Shown here: piece after piece, positions 1-13,595 of the stretch
Numbering within the stretch: position 1 is the first letter of the stretch
How the letters are laid out: each line of letters begins with the position of its first letter
Source of the DNA: Octopus vulgaris
Taxonomy: Eukaryota
Direction: 5' to 3'
Length of the DNA: 64,000 bases
Assembly: GCA_951406725.2 (NCBI GenBank)
Contig: OX597819.1
Location: 101,308,001 to 101,372,000 of the forward strand
The notes under the pieces: generated by a model
Database searches by the model: none
Seen by the model: only the letters and a program-made list of their open reading frames with translations
What the model was told of the DNA's origin: nothing
Position numbers and translations under genes: made by a program

Positions 1-42
1 TATATATATATATATGATATGTATGTATGCATATGTATATAT

Positions 43-80
<38 letters not shown>

Positions 81-532
81 CATATACATAAACTCACACA
101 TATGTATATATATGCAGGTATGCATGAATGTGTGTGATTACATGTTTTATGTGCCAGTTATAGTTTTACCCCAACATCTACCCAATTTTCTTCACAATAT
201 TCGCCCAAACCATTAATATAACTTTCGTTATGTAGCATCACCACTTCCGGTGCTAATGTATTTATGAGTTAATTGTAGTGTACCACTTTCGGCCATATTC
301 TCTATACGGTGTCTCACACTAAATATGGTGGAACGGGCGCTAAAAGTACATTCATAAAGAGGAAATATTAATATGTGCTGTGAATTGATACATCATTGTT
401 TTCGGTCACGCTTATTATAAGCTAAACCTGCAGGTGGATCTTTTAAATATTCACTGATACGTATATAAATACATATATGCATACATACATACATACATAC
501 ATATATATATGCATACATACCTCCATACAAAA

Positions 533-592
<60 letters not shown>

Positions 593-609
593 TTATATGC
601 ATCTACGTA

Positions 610-1170
610 TGTGTATATATAGGAACGTGGATTTGAAAATGTTGAGGTCTTTTAAAGATGCTTATTGACTTGACCGGCTTCACTTTTTGAAAAAAGATTT
701 TCAAAGTAAAATGTAAGGATTTGTGTAACCTTTGTTGTGTTAAAAATGGTTATCATAAATGTATTAAAATACAGTGACAGTCTTTGTCAATATTAAGAAA
801 ATAGGTTAAGATGGGCTTTTTGTTTAAAGAGTTTACATAAAAGTGTTCAAAATAGATAGTAAAATAAATTCATAATTCTTTGTAAGTTCATCAAATATAA
901 TGTTTGTAGAGAAAGAATTTGTAGACCGTATTTGATGGGAGAAAGCACTTATTGCTTAGTCAAAACTTCATCAGAACCCATATTTCCTTATTTATACAGA
1001 ATTTTAGGGGAATGTCGGACCGTTTTCATCCATCTCCACTCTTATATGTGTGTTTGGTAATGAGAGTTGCTATTTTTAGAAATAGTGTGGCAGGCTGGTT
1101 AGTGGGTGAAAGCACTCACATACTTTGTGGAATCAAAAAGGGCCCTAAGTATATCGTCCATAAAAGCTTT
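610..1170 (-). pseudogene. Highly decayed reverse-transcriptase fragment, possibly Penelope-like
   Basis: Minus strand from 1170 reads KAFMDDILRALFDS (xDD motif), followed by frameshifted remnants such as STNIIFDELTK resembling the PLE thumb region; many stops. Confidence 0.3.
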
Positions 1171-1204
1171 TAAAATATTAATTATAATGACTACAAACAG
1201 GTAT

Positions 1205-1335
1205 CAGAGACTGCGATGCGTAATAAAGTTGCCTGCGACGGACCGGCGTCCCGTCCAGGTGGGGAACCTATACGCTAAGGAAATCGAGAAACCGGCCCTA
1301 ATGAGCCAGGCGTAGCTCGAGTAGGAACAAACAAC
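1205..1335 (+). mobile_element. 3' part of tRNA-derived SINE family B
   Basis: ctgcgacggaccggcgtcccgtccagg...gaaaccggccctaatgagcc matches the 3' half of the copies at 11955-12205 and 29738-29990. Confidence 0.7.
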
Positions 1336-2467
1336 ATTTAAGGAGCCAAAAATTATCTGGTTTACTTTTTGCAAATTCTCTGCTTATTTATTTTTCACTT
1401 TTTGTTCTGCTTTTTTTTTTTATTTCTATCTTGCTTCATCATAATTTTTCCCTAATTCCTCTTCACTCTTGTATTTCACGCAGTATACATGGGGTTATGC
1501 GCGCGATTAATCATTGTCCATTTATAAGTAAGATTCAATTATTTTCAAAGAAGATTTCAAGCTTTGAATTATCTACGTTTATTTTATAGTTATTCTCCTT
1601 ATGTCTGCTTATTACTTCAACTATTGGTCTCTCTGTAGATTCTTTTCCGGCTTAGCGCTTTAATGTATTAGTTTCTCTTTTTGTTTTATAAAATAAATAC
1701 TATTTATATTGTATCATATTACATAATATGTAGTATATATATATATTGTTTTATATTGCAATCGATATGATGTAAAAATATAAGATGATGAGTGACCGAC
1801 ATAATACAGCATTGCGTTTTCTGATTATCTCCCTAACGTCGTAATATATAATTTCATTTTAAGGGCAGCGTCAAAATTCTTAGAACTCCAAATAAAACTG
1901 TTTTGGTCACATTTCATTTTAAGTTCAAATTCAACAGTAGTTAAGTATCGTAATTTATCCCTTTATATTTCAATGAAATAAATACCACCAGTATAGTGTT
2001 TTTATTTTATTTCCTGTTTTCTGTCTTCAATTGTGTGTTTCTGTATCTATATTAGAAACCAAAATTCATTCGTAATTATCTTTTGAGTATGTTTATAATG
2101 ATCTATATCGCATAAGTTTATCGTGTTGTTCGATGAAACTCGCTTGCTTCTCCTTTCCTGATTTCCGCTTATGATATGGAATTCTTTCAGTAGAAGATAT
2201 GGAATTCTTTCAGTACCTTTGTGGAAGATATTTTGTTTTCATCAAAGAAGCTTGGAAAAAAGAGGAGAGCATTAGTGACAATATAGACTTTCGTTCTAAG
2301 TTCAAATCTTGCGAAATCCAATTTGTCTTCCTTCCTGGTCGACAAAATGAAAACCAGCCATATTACAAATTAGCCTAATTACAGAAGTATTTCACCCTCC
2401 AAATGTATTGTATTGTCCTATGGTGCAATAGTTGGGTCTTGATTTTCTTCTTATATAACTATTGTGA

Positions 2468-2790
2468 AGGTACATGGCATATAGAAGTTAGGATATTCGG
2501 CTCCCGATTGTTAAGCACTGAGCTTGATACATAGCTGAGCGCTGTGTCCTTGAAAAAGACTCACTATTTCACGTTGCTCCTGTTTTATCAGTTGGCAAAA
2601 TTGTGTAATACCTGTATTTAAAGAGCTACCCTTATAACAGTTTGTGTCGCGATTAAAATCACCGAGAAAGACGTTAAAGGTAGGCGTTTCTGTAGAATGT
2701 ACAGCCTCTTACACGTTAATACCGCGAGCAGCTATTTTCATGATTGGATCAGCTGGAACACTCGTCGTCGAAACTGACGGAGTGCTAGTA
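2468..2790 (+). mobile_element. Degenerate chimeric SINE: family-B core with family-A tail
   Basis: tttcacgttgctcc...ggcaaaa core shared with 12060; tail tacctgtattt...cgtcgtcgaaactgacggagtgc shared with 15220-15400. Confidence 0.65.
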
Positions 2791-3364
2791 TGTTTAACTA
2801 TGAAACATGATAACCATTCTAAGCTACAGACACTAGAGGTAAAGATGTGATGTTTAATCTAAAAACTAACTTTATCCAGGTTAAATCGCACCAGGTATGA
2901 TGATCATTTTCATGAAAATCAGTTGGAGGAAAGAAAATCAATAGAAGCGAACGGCACGGAGGGGTCAATAGACACGGTGTCAATTTACCATCACCCATCA
3001 TTCTATTTCATATTTCCGATATTCTCAAATCTGTTGTTGTATAGCTCTCATCGTTGACAATGTACTCAAATGACCTGTACTCTTATGACACACAACCATG
3101 AAGCCACAGAACTCCTCCACCATTCGTTCATCCAAATCAACTTCATTATTTATTTGCACCTGAATGTTTACCTGCTCAATCCCACCAAAATCCAGCATTG
3201 CATGCATGAGTGTGTGTATGTTTGTGTGTGCATGTGTTTATGCATGTATATATATATGTGTGTGTGTGTGTGTGCGTGTGCATACATTGAACTATGTGCA
3301 TGTGGATGATGAAGTTTATACACACCTTTAATTAATATTGCTGTAATATAGTGGAAACTATTGC

Positions 3365-3385
3365 AGTAATAATAAGAAGAATAAT

Positions 3386-3452
<67 letters not shown>

Positions 3453-3530
3453 TGTTGTTGTTGTTGTTGTAGTCGTAGTCGTCGTCGTCGTCGTAGTAGT
3501 AGTAGTAGTAGTAGCAGCAGCAGCAGCAGT
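3365..3530. repeat. Compound trinucleotide microsatellite (AAT)(AGT)(GTT)(GTC)(AGT)(AGC)
   Basis: Directly visible. Confidence 0.95.
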
Positions 3531-4469
3531 TTGCTCTGTCCCTTCGTGACCGACGTTAAAACTGTTGTCTTGTTTTGTTTTGATGCTCTTGTCACATACA
3601 TTCACACATACACGTGCACCCCCCCACACACACACACACACACACTTATAAATGGGTGTGTATCTGTGAGTGTCTGTGTATCTGTGTGTCTATGTGTCTA
3701 TGTGCATATACAAATATGTTTTCATTTTCGTTTTATATTTTCCTTTATTTTTCTGTCTTCTTGTTAATATTCTTTCTAATACATTCTTCCACCTTTTATC
3801 ATTTACTTCGCTGTGTGATATCTTACAGATAGCACCGGATCAATTTGCATTCTTTTGCCTCCTGGCACTCGCTTCACTAACTATATTTTTGCTTTGTTTT
3901 ATTATCTCAATATAGTTTTTTTTTTTCACCTATTCCATATTACTCCGTTATATGATTTCCACGAATCATTTCACTATCAAACAAAATAAGAACCGATCGT
4001 GTTGCGCTCTCTTTGCGAATAATAATCGTTTATGTAGACAACGAGAATATAGGAAATTAGAATTTGTGACATTCATGCATTTGTTAAGGGTATAAGTGAC
4101 TTAAACGCGTTCCTATATATTCACTTTCTTCATATGTTGACTGCAGTGATCTTTGATTCCTGACAATATTGCTTCAATATTAAAATGTGTAATTATCCAG
4201 CCGTGCTATTTTCAGTCACCGGTACATCTAAGAGTACGGAGTAGCTGCGAAGTAGCTAAACATGTAGAGAGCTGCGGTAAACGCCCAGTATCTAGTTTCA
4301 ATCTTCTTCCTTTCCATTTCAAGCCCTCTTCTCCGTTAGTTTTCCTTTCATAAGAACCAAGCATGCATTGCGGTCGTTTAAATATCTCTATTATACAGAA
4401 TAACGAATTATTTGTATGGATAGAGAGAATTATATATGTATACATAATGCATGTTTATGATTGGTTATG

Positions 4470-4600
4470 TCTTGCAATTTCGGGGAAAGGTTTAAATCGA
4501 TTACATCGAGCGAAGTGCTCAACTAGAATTTATTTTATCGACACCTAAATAATGAAAGGCAATGTTGACCTTGGCGGAATTTGAACTCCGAACGTAAACA
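4470..4600 (-). mobile_element. SINE family D fragment
   Basis: atcgattacatcg...tgaaaggcaatgttgaccttggcggaatttgaactc matches other D copies. Confidence 0.75.
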
Positions 4601-4789
4601 CCTAAATATGGAAACAAGTAAATTTTGGAAAAATTAAAAGAAAAGTTTTTTTTAAAAGAATATTTGCATAGTGTTCAAATATAAGAGGCATTTTCCTTGT
4701 TTCTGCCTGTCTCTGTCTCGCTTGTTTACTCTTGTGGGTCCGAGGTCGTTGTGAATTCTTATTAGAGAAGGAGAAGGAGAAGAAATAGT

Positions 4790-4880
4790 AGAAAAAGAAG
4801 AAGAAGAAGAAGAAGAAGAAGAAGAAGAAGAAGAAGAAGAAGAAGAAGAAAAAGAAGAAGAAGAAGAAGGAGAAGGATGA
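4790..4880. repeat. (AAG)n microsatellite
   Basis: Directly visible. Confidence 0.95.
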
Positions 4881-4904
4881 GGAGGGAGAATAAGAAGGAA
4901 AGTA

Positions 4905-6248
4905 GGCAGTGTGAAAGTAGTAAGGTGTTAAATGTCAAATGACTTAAAATTGGCACGTTATGGATTATAGGCAGTGATTGGGAGTGTTTTTTAATGAATT
5001 CTTGAGAATCTCTTGAGTGTATCATTTTTAATATTTGCGTGTGTATTTGTGTTATTCTAAGGCCGTGGTGGATATGTCGTTTGTCGTAGACGCGTTCAAA
5101 AGGGGTCTGTATTTTGTAATAAAGAGTGTCTCTTTACTAATTCGTTGGCTCCAGGTTATATCATCCCTGAATTGGTAGAGGAGAAAAATTCTGAAGCTTG
5201 GATTCTCGTTATTGGCGCAAATATCTATGTGTTGACTCAATGCTATTTTTCTGTTTTTGGGAATTTTGATCTGGGATCTGTGTAGAGCCATTCTTTTAGG
5301 TAGACTGTTTTTTGATTGGCCTATGTATTGCTCTTGACACCCAGGGCAGGTTAGTGAGTATAACAGGTTCTCGGAAGCACATGGGAAGTTGCTTTTCACT
5401 GGTAATCGTTGTCCCTGTTTGAAGGAGAACTCAATTAAATTGACGCATATCCCACAATTCGGTCTTCCGCACTTTTTTACTGACGGCTTCTGTGCCGTTG
5501 AGCGTATTCGGGCTTGTGTTAGAGACTTTTCATAGATTTCGGCTGTCTCTTGCTTTTTATGATGGTGTGTGTTCGGAGGATTAAGTTCATTCTGTGGTCC
5601 TTTTTTAGCAGGGGTATGTTTTGGAGGATGGTATCGAAGGCTTCATTGTTGAGAGGGTTGTGTGTGCAGATGTATGGTAGGGCTTTTGGTTATAAATCTT
5701 TCTTTAATTAGGGATGTCTGAGTTCTTGGATGTTGAGTTGAAGAGCACGTTGAAAGCATATGTCAATTAGTGAAGGTGGGTGGTTCCTGGTGATGAGTGT
5801 ATCCTTTAATTCATGAAGTTGTGTGTCTGATGATTGCATTAGAAACTATAGTAAATAACCTTTTTGCTAGGTTGAAGGGGATATTCATTATGGTGTGTCT
5901 GGGGTGAAATGAATTGAACGGTAGATATTGCTAGGAATCCGTAGGCTTATAGTATATATCTGTTTCTATTACGTTGTTAGATTTCTTAATGAAGATGTTG
6001 AGGAAAGGGGGTTGTTGCTGGCTATATTCCATCATGAATTGAATGTTTACATCAAGTCCATTTAAAAGCGCTTGGAATTCTTTTAGCTTCTCAATATTTT
6101 CATGGCAAAAAAAAAAAAAAAAACTGTCATCCAGGTATCTCTTCCAGTTATTTTCTAGATATCTTATGACTAGGTTAGCGAAGGAGGGGGCCATTCGCCT
6201 TCAAAGACAACTTCTACCGACAAAAATCTGGGACTGCGATGGGTACGC
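4905..6248 (-). mobile_element. 5'-truncated, decayed Penelope-like element (RT + GIY-YIG endonuclease) with an inverted 5' segment
   Basis: MAPSFANLV..WKRYLDD..LNGLDVNIQF..PFLNIFI..TDIYYKPTDS*QYLPFNSFHPRHT (PLE RT); CGRPNCGIC linker; NLLYSLTCPGCQEQYIGQSKNSLPKRMALHRSQI (GIY-YIG, 5052-5399); stops and frameshifts. Confidence 0.9.
5052..5399 (-). pseudogene. GIY-YIG endonuclease domain of the Penelope-like element
   Basis: LLYSLTCPGCQEQYIGQS...R...H...E..FI....P.LN pattern typical of PLE endonucleases. Confidence 0.85.
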
Positions 6249-6471
6249 ATATATCTAAATACTAGAGGCCGATACTGCAATTTTGTTCAATTGTATACAA
6301 CTTTTCAATAACTTGCAAATAGAAATAGGAGATCTAAATATATAGAGATCGTAAATGTTTCGACATCATGAATAAAGAAGCAAAGCAATTAAAAGTAATT
6401 GTGTCGAACTTTCATTTCAGTCCAATAAACTGCAGACTGAGGGCTGTAGGGACAACAAAAATTATAGAAGT

Positions 6472-6900
6472 CAGACGTTCTCAACGTGGGCGGTACAGTC
6501 CCCAAGGGAGTGCTGGCGTAGGCTTTAGGGTGCGGTGAGGGGAGTGTGAGGGCGGTGAGGTAACATAATTAACATACTAAATTGTACCAATAGTATTAAT
6601 TATATAAAACGTGTTAGAACTAGTAATGGTTATTAAATAAAATGAGATCTCATGAGGTACAGAGAAGTAATTAATTTTCAATGCATAAGGTCTATCTACA
6701 ACTTTCGCCTTTATTAAATTTTTCATCATTTCACTGTTAAAAGCTTATACAATCCAGTTTTATAATAAGATTTATAAATTATCATGCATGTAAAATTGGT
6801 TTAATCGTGATACCTCAGTCGCTACTTAGGTGAGCGCTAAGCACCTCAACTACTTACAAGGGGGCGCTACAAAGAAAACGAAAATGCTTAAGAACCACTT
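6472..6900. mobile_element. Non-autonomous hAT/Charlie-like MITE
   Basis: Degenerate TIRs cagacgttctcaac... and ...cttaagaaccact resemble CAGTGGTTCTCAA-type ends, with GC-rich subterminal ggggcg motifs; no clear 8-bp TSD. Confidence 0.5.
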
Positions 6901-7542
6901 ACATAGGTGGAGCTATAGAGCCTCAGCACGCTGACTGGATCTAGTAAAAGAATTTGTTCGAGGGTGTCTGTACGTTTGTGAGCGTGGTATGCGTTAGTGT
7001 GTGAACATATGTGTAGTTGAAATCTTATTAAAAAATATTCGCTGAACTTATAACATCTTGAGCCAGAAATTTAATACCGTTTGGTCTGAGGTAAAGACAT
7101 TAAGATGCATAGCTGTACTCTTAATCACCAGACATATTAAACTAAAAAAAAAAATTGCTAAAAAAACAAAAACAAAAAACAAGACAATATATACATTCAT
7201 ACATCAACCACAGCCCGAACAATTATCTATCTAGGCCGCAGTGCGATTTCTCATAATTAAATACGTATGTGTATCTGCGTGTATGAGAGTGTATATACGT
7301 ACACATATATGTGGGTGTGTGCATGTATGGAAGAGCGTATTTATGTATGTACAATATTGCATAGGATATGGAAAGGTATCATAATAGAGACACGTGTATG
7401 CAAATGTGCGATAAAATAGTTACAGTGATATTGCAATAAACACATGCGTAAAAACATACATACAATCATAGAGACACACGCACACACACACATATATATA
7501 TACATATGTTGATATATGTCTGCATACGAATATATACATATA

Positions 7543-7956
7543 CTCTTTTAAACTTTTACTAGTTTCAGTCATTTGACTGCGGCCATGCTGGAGCACCGCC
7601 TTTAATCGAGCAACTCGACCCCGGGACTTATTCTTTGTAAGCCCAGAAGTTATTATATCGGTCACTTTTTGCCGAACCGCTAAGTGACGGGGACATAAAC
7701 ACACCAGCATCGGTTGTCAAGCGATGTTGGGGGGGGGGGCAAACACACACACACAAGCATACACGCACACACATATATATATATACATATATACGACGGG
7801 CTTCTTTCAGTTTCCGTCTACCAAATCCACTCACAAAGCTTTGGTCGGCCCGAGGCTATAGTAGAAGACACTTGCCCAAGGTGCCACGCAGTGGGACTGA
7901 ACCCGGAACCATGTAGTTGGTAAGCAAGCTACTTACCACACAGCCATTCCAGCGCC
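7543..7956 (-). mobile_element. Full tRNA-derived SINE family C (bipartite, internal microsatellite)
   Basis: Head ggcgctggaatggctgtgtggtaag...gggttcagtccc (A/B boxes); CORE-like caccttgggcaagtg; (TA/TG) linker; tail ggcggtgctccagcatggccgcagtcaaatgactgaaac. Confidence 0.9.
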
Positions 7957-8670
7957 TATATGTGTATGATTGTGTTTATGGGCACATGTGCGTCTATGTA
8001 TACGTATTGGTGTGAGTTGGTGTGTATAGAGGTATATACGAAAATTATATAAACATATATAACTACGATAATTATACATATGTATTCTTAAAATATTTAC
8101 ATAAATACCGCTATTATCAAATTATGTACATTCATTTCTTTACGCACGCACACACACACACACCACACACGCAAACGCACGAACACAGCTACACGCGCAC
8201 ACACATACACACCTGCACAAATATACTCATACATATACTCGTTTTCATATATGCATACACACACTTATATGTACATATGTACACGCATACATATACATGT
8301 ACATATACACACACATACATACGTATATATATTTTATAGACGAGTTTGCATGTTTGCATAGACACACGTGTGTACATATATATACGTGTATTTGTATGTA
8401 TCTATGTATCTATGTATACATGTATATATGTATGTTTTTAAGTATGGATGTACGTATGAATGAATGTATGTATGTATGTATATTTGTATGTATGTACGCA
8501 TGTATGAATGTACGTATGTATGTATAAATGGTTGGATGAACGTATGAGTATATGTATGTTTTATGTTTGTATCATAGAGAGGGAAAGACACACCATTTAA
8601 AAATGCTCTCGGAATAACACTATAACAATAACAATAAAAACGAATAAACCGATTATATGTAAGCATATAT

Positions 8671-8860
8671 AGACGCAGACGTAGCTGCGTAGTAAGAAGT
8701 TTGCTTTCCAAGCGCATTGTCCCAGGTTCAGTCCCGCTGCGTGGGATCTTGGGCAAATGTCCTCTATTATAGCTTCGGGCCGACCAAAGCATTGTGAGTG
8801 GATTTGGTAGACGGAAAATGAAAGAAGCCTTTTGTAAATACACACACACGCGCACGAACA

Positions 8861-8918
<58 letters not shown>

Positions 8919-9140
8919 AATATGAATGTGTTTATGTCTTTGTTTGTCCCACTCCCATCACTTGACAACCGATGTTGGAGTGTTTACGTCTCCGTAACGT
9001 AGCGGTTCGGCAAAGAGACCGATAGAATAAGCACCAGACTCAGAAAGAATAAGTCCAGGGGTCGATTTCTGCGACTAAAAGGCGGTGCTCCAGCATGGCT
9101 ACAGTCAGTTGACTGAAAGAGGTAAAAGAATAAAACAGAA
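8671..9140 (+). mobile_element. SINE family C, full, with (CA)n linker
   Basis: Homologous head and tail to 7543-7956. Confidence 0.9.
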
Positions 9141-9159
9141 TATATATATATATATATAT

Positions 9160-9222
<63 letters not shown>

Positions 9223-9470
9223 TACATATATATATATATATATATAAATATTTACGTGTGTGTGTATATATATATATAAACACATATATATACGCACACA
9301 AAAACACGCATCGCACGCACACACACATACATACACATATATATATACGTAATGAAACTGACACAGTTTACTTATTATATTGACAATCATGCAATCATTA
9401 CTATCATACACATACACACAAATATGTATATGCATATGTATATATATATATATATATGTATCTGTGTGTC

Positions 9471-9523
<53 letters not shown>

Positions 9524-9631
9524 GTATATATATATGTGTGTGTGTACATGCGTGTGAGTATTTGTGTGTATCTGTGTACATATATATATATACATATATA
9601 TATATACACACATATACACATATATTATATA

Positions 9632-9696
<65 letters not shown>

Positions 9697-9846
9697 AATA
9701 TTTATATATATAGACACATGTACACGCACAATTACATATTCGTAGTATGTAGGTGGGCAGAGAGTTTCTCATTCCAGCAGCTGTATAAATATACACACAG
9801 TGTGCAAACAATGATAATGCCTAAATGGAGGAGTGTTTCTGTATCA

Positions 9847-9912
<66 letters not shown>

Positions 9913-10202
9913 CACACTCAAACACACACAGGCACGCGAAATTATGTATAAATCTATATACATATCAATATAAACACGTACACGAGATATGAATGTCACA
10001 CCATACGTGTAGGTTTCCTATAGCCCAACCCATTACCCACATCTCTTTCTCCTCCCTCTCTCTCACTCTCTCTCCCTTTCGTCCCTCTCTCTCACTCTCT
10101 CTCTCTTAAGTGACCATTCTCACTATCCCTTGTTCTTGTCCGCCGCTATCTATGCAGCTTATCTGCAACAGAATATATATATGTATACATATATATATGC
10201 AT

Positions 10203-10236
<34 letters not shown>

Positions 10237-10243
10237 GCATACA

Positions 10244-10311
<68 letters not shown>

Positions 10312-11107
10312 ATATATATATATACATATATATATATATACATGCATATACATACATATATATATATATATATATGTGTGTGTGTATATATAAATGTATA
10401 TACAGGCACATACGCACGCGCGCGTAAATTTGTAAACGTATACACATAAATATACCATCTATGTACGTCGGTATCTCGTCTATCTTCAAATAGGTGTTTG
10501 AGGCACAGAGACACAGAAACATACACACATGCATGCATACACACACATGTATACATATACGAGTTATATTTAATGTCGAATCGATACGTATACGCCGATC
10601 AATATGTGCGCATAAATCTATACAAATTCATAGATAAAAAAACAGATATGTACATATAAGGAAACACATAATACATCCTCATAGCCGTATACATGTACAT
10701 ACGTGTGTGTGTGTATATATACACACATACATACATACATCATACATACACACGTAAATATATGTGTATGTACTTATGTATGGGATTTAGACGAGTATAT
10801 GTACCAGCGTGTTTATATATGAAACTGTAATTTAGTACAATGGGCGTATATAGATTTCTTTGTTGATATTTCAGGTGTGACAAAATATTCACTTTAAATT
10901 CTGTCCTCATAAATAAGATTTTAATTTTTTGTACACGCAAATATACCACATAATCGCACTTATATGCAAATTCATCACTTTGCTCAACAGAATCACACGC
11001 ACACGACAAAGTATGATTATATAAACCTCTCATACACACACACATGGGTGTGTTTGTGTGTGTGTGTATAGACATATGCATATATATGTATGTATACACA
11101 TATATAA

Positions 11108-11194
<87 letters not shown>

Positions 11195-11215
11195 TATGTA
11201 TATGTGTGTGTATCT
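9140..11215. repeat. Dense (TA)n/(TAGA)n/(CA)n/(TACA)n low-complexity block
   Basis: Directly visible; source of many spurious YI/HT/CV ORFs. Confidence 0.9.
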
Positions 11216-11579
11216 AGGTAAATAGATAGAAATGTATATACAAAATCATATAATACACCCTCATAGACGGTGTTTACTTTGAATCAACGAGCTTGTTTCT
11301 ATTCTCTTTTAAGTCTTCCTCAGTGATTGAAAACTCGCTTTGGCTGTTCACCGAGAAATTACTTTAAAACTCAGTATTACTTAATAACTTAATGAAATTA
11401 GCTGGACCAATTCATAGATATGCCTATTTCTTTTTAGCTAGATCTCATATAAATAACTTATAGTTTCACAACGCTTTGTTGGAATTTTTATATAGTATTG
11501 AGGTATAGTATATAAATAGACTTCACCGCTAACATTCCAAATTGATTCCCTTTTCCTTTTGACGATGTTTCATTTCTAC

Positions 11580-11674
11580 TGCTTGATACCCTGGGCTGTG
11601 TCTTCCACTGTAGCCTTGGTCTGGCCAAAATCTTCTGAGTAGATTTGGTAGACGGAAGCTGAAAGAAGCCCGTC

Positions 11675-11721
<47 letters not shown>

Positions 11722-11940
11722 TGTGTATGTCTTTGTGTCTGTGTTTGTTAGCCACCACCGCTTGACACCTAGTCCTGGCGTGTTTACGTCTCCGTAAACT
11801 AGCGGTTTGGCAAAAGAAATCAATAAAATTAGTACCACGCTTAAAATATTAGAACTGGGGTGGATTCATTCGACTAAAAATTCTTCAAGATGGTGACACA
11901 GCATGAATGCAGTCTAATGACTGAAATAAGTAAATTGTAA
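11580..11940 (+). mobile_element. SINE family C, 5'-truncated
   Basis: gatttggtagacggaagctgaaagaagcccgtcg-(TA)n-gtgtttacgtctccgtaaactagcgg...aatgactgaaataag. Confidence 0.85.
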
Positions 11941-11954
11941 CTATATGTATATAT

Positions 11955-12205
11955 GTGGAGTCGCATGGCTTAGTGGTTAGTGTGTCAGCATCATGATCGT
12001 AAGATTGTGGTTTCGATTCCTGGACCGGGAGACGCGTTGTGTTCTTGAGTAAAACACTTCATTTCACGTTGCTCCAGTCTATTCAGCTGGCAAAAATGAG
12101 TAAAGCTGCGATGGACTGGCGTCCCGTCCAGCTGAGGAACACATACACCATAGAAACGGGGAAACCGGGCCCATGAGCCTTGCTAGGCTTTAAAAGGGCG
12201 AATTT
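11955..12205 (+). mobile_element. tRNA-derived SINE family B, full
   Basis: Box A tggcttagtgg, box B ggtttcgattcc, core tttcacgttgctccagtc, ctgcgatggactggcgtcccgtccag, tail ending tttaaaagggcg. Confidence 0.9.
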
Positions 12206-12752
12206 ATTTATATATTATATGTATATGTATGTGAGTGTATGTGTGTGTGTGTGTGTGTACTATATAATGTAATTATTAAAGCAAAATGCATTTAAGTATC
12301 AATAACATAATATAACATAAGTGATAAAGAATGCATTTCTTTATGAGTGAACTAAAAGTTGGCATAAATAGCTTCATAAACAGTACGTATGTAAATTTAA
12401 AGAATGTTATCGTAGGATATGAATAACCAACACAGTGGATATTCTGTTGGGTCTAGGATGCGTAGTCCGAGAACGTGCCAAGTTTGCTGTAGATTTAGTT
12501 CATTTTAATTTTATATATATGATATAATATAACATTTACAAGTGTGTATGTATGTGTGTGTAATTTATAGGACATTTATAGGCATTGGTTTTGTTGTCTC
12601 GTTTTATTTAACATGTACATGCTTACACGAGACCAGCATTAGACTCCTCATCGTGTTATTATCGAACCGAAGTCTAACTACAGTTCTCCCGTAGCACTTA
12701 TATAGCCTTACCTGCCATCTTGGGTCTTCCGGATGTCAATACCTTTTATATA

Positions 12753-13138
<386 letters not shown>

Positions 13139-13149
13139 CATATATATAC

Positions 13150-13320
13150 ATATACATACCTAAAGAAAGCACAAAAACGGGGGAGAAGAGCAGCTGACAG
13201 GATGTATTACAGTTGAGGCTTTGGTCAAATGGAAGAAATCTTTAACGTTTCAAGCGTAGGCTCTTCTGCAGGAAAGTTAGATGAGGAGAGATAAAAGATA
13301 GAGAGGGAAAAAAAAAACAT
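13150..13320 (-). mobile_element. Penelope-type pseudo-LTR fragment with variant hammerhead motif (13240-13276)
   Basis: RNA CUUUC-CUGCAGA-AGAGC CUAC GCUU-GAAACGUU-AAAG; flanks similar to 22602-22820 and 31433-31685. Confidence 0.55.
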
Positions 13321-13549
13321 TATTTCTCTTAAGCATAGCGATGCTAATGACTTGGTGTTAGAACTTAATATAGATATCTTTCAGAACGAGGCGTTAGTCG
13401 AGTACAGAGCAATAATAAGATATTAAATAAATGACAAAGAAATGAGAAGTTATGCAATGAATTCCAACACATTACAGTTGCTTCTGCTGTTAGATTCAAA
13501 CGCTCTCAAAATCCAGTGCTTGGGTATCATCCTATAGCTTTATAAGAGC

Positions 13550-13595
<46 letters not shown>

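Noticed and set aside
2175-2216. Short tandem duplications (also 37417-37456, 51026-51078, 62449-62498)
   Set aside because: Ordinary 14-29-bp local duplications with no sign of function.
11280-11335. CUGAGGA...GAAAC on the minus strand
   Set aside because: Stem II and cleavage-site geometry do not fit.
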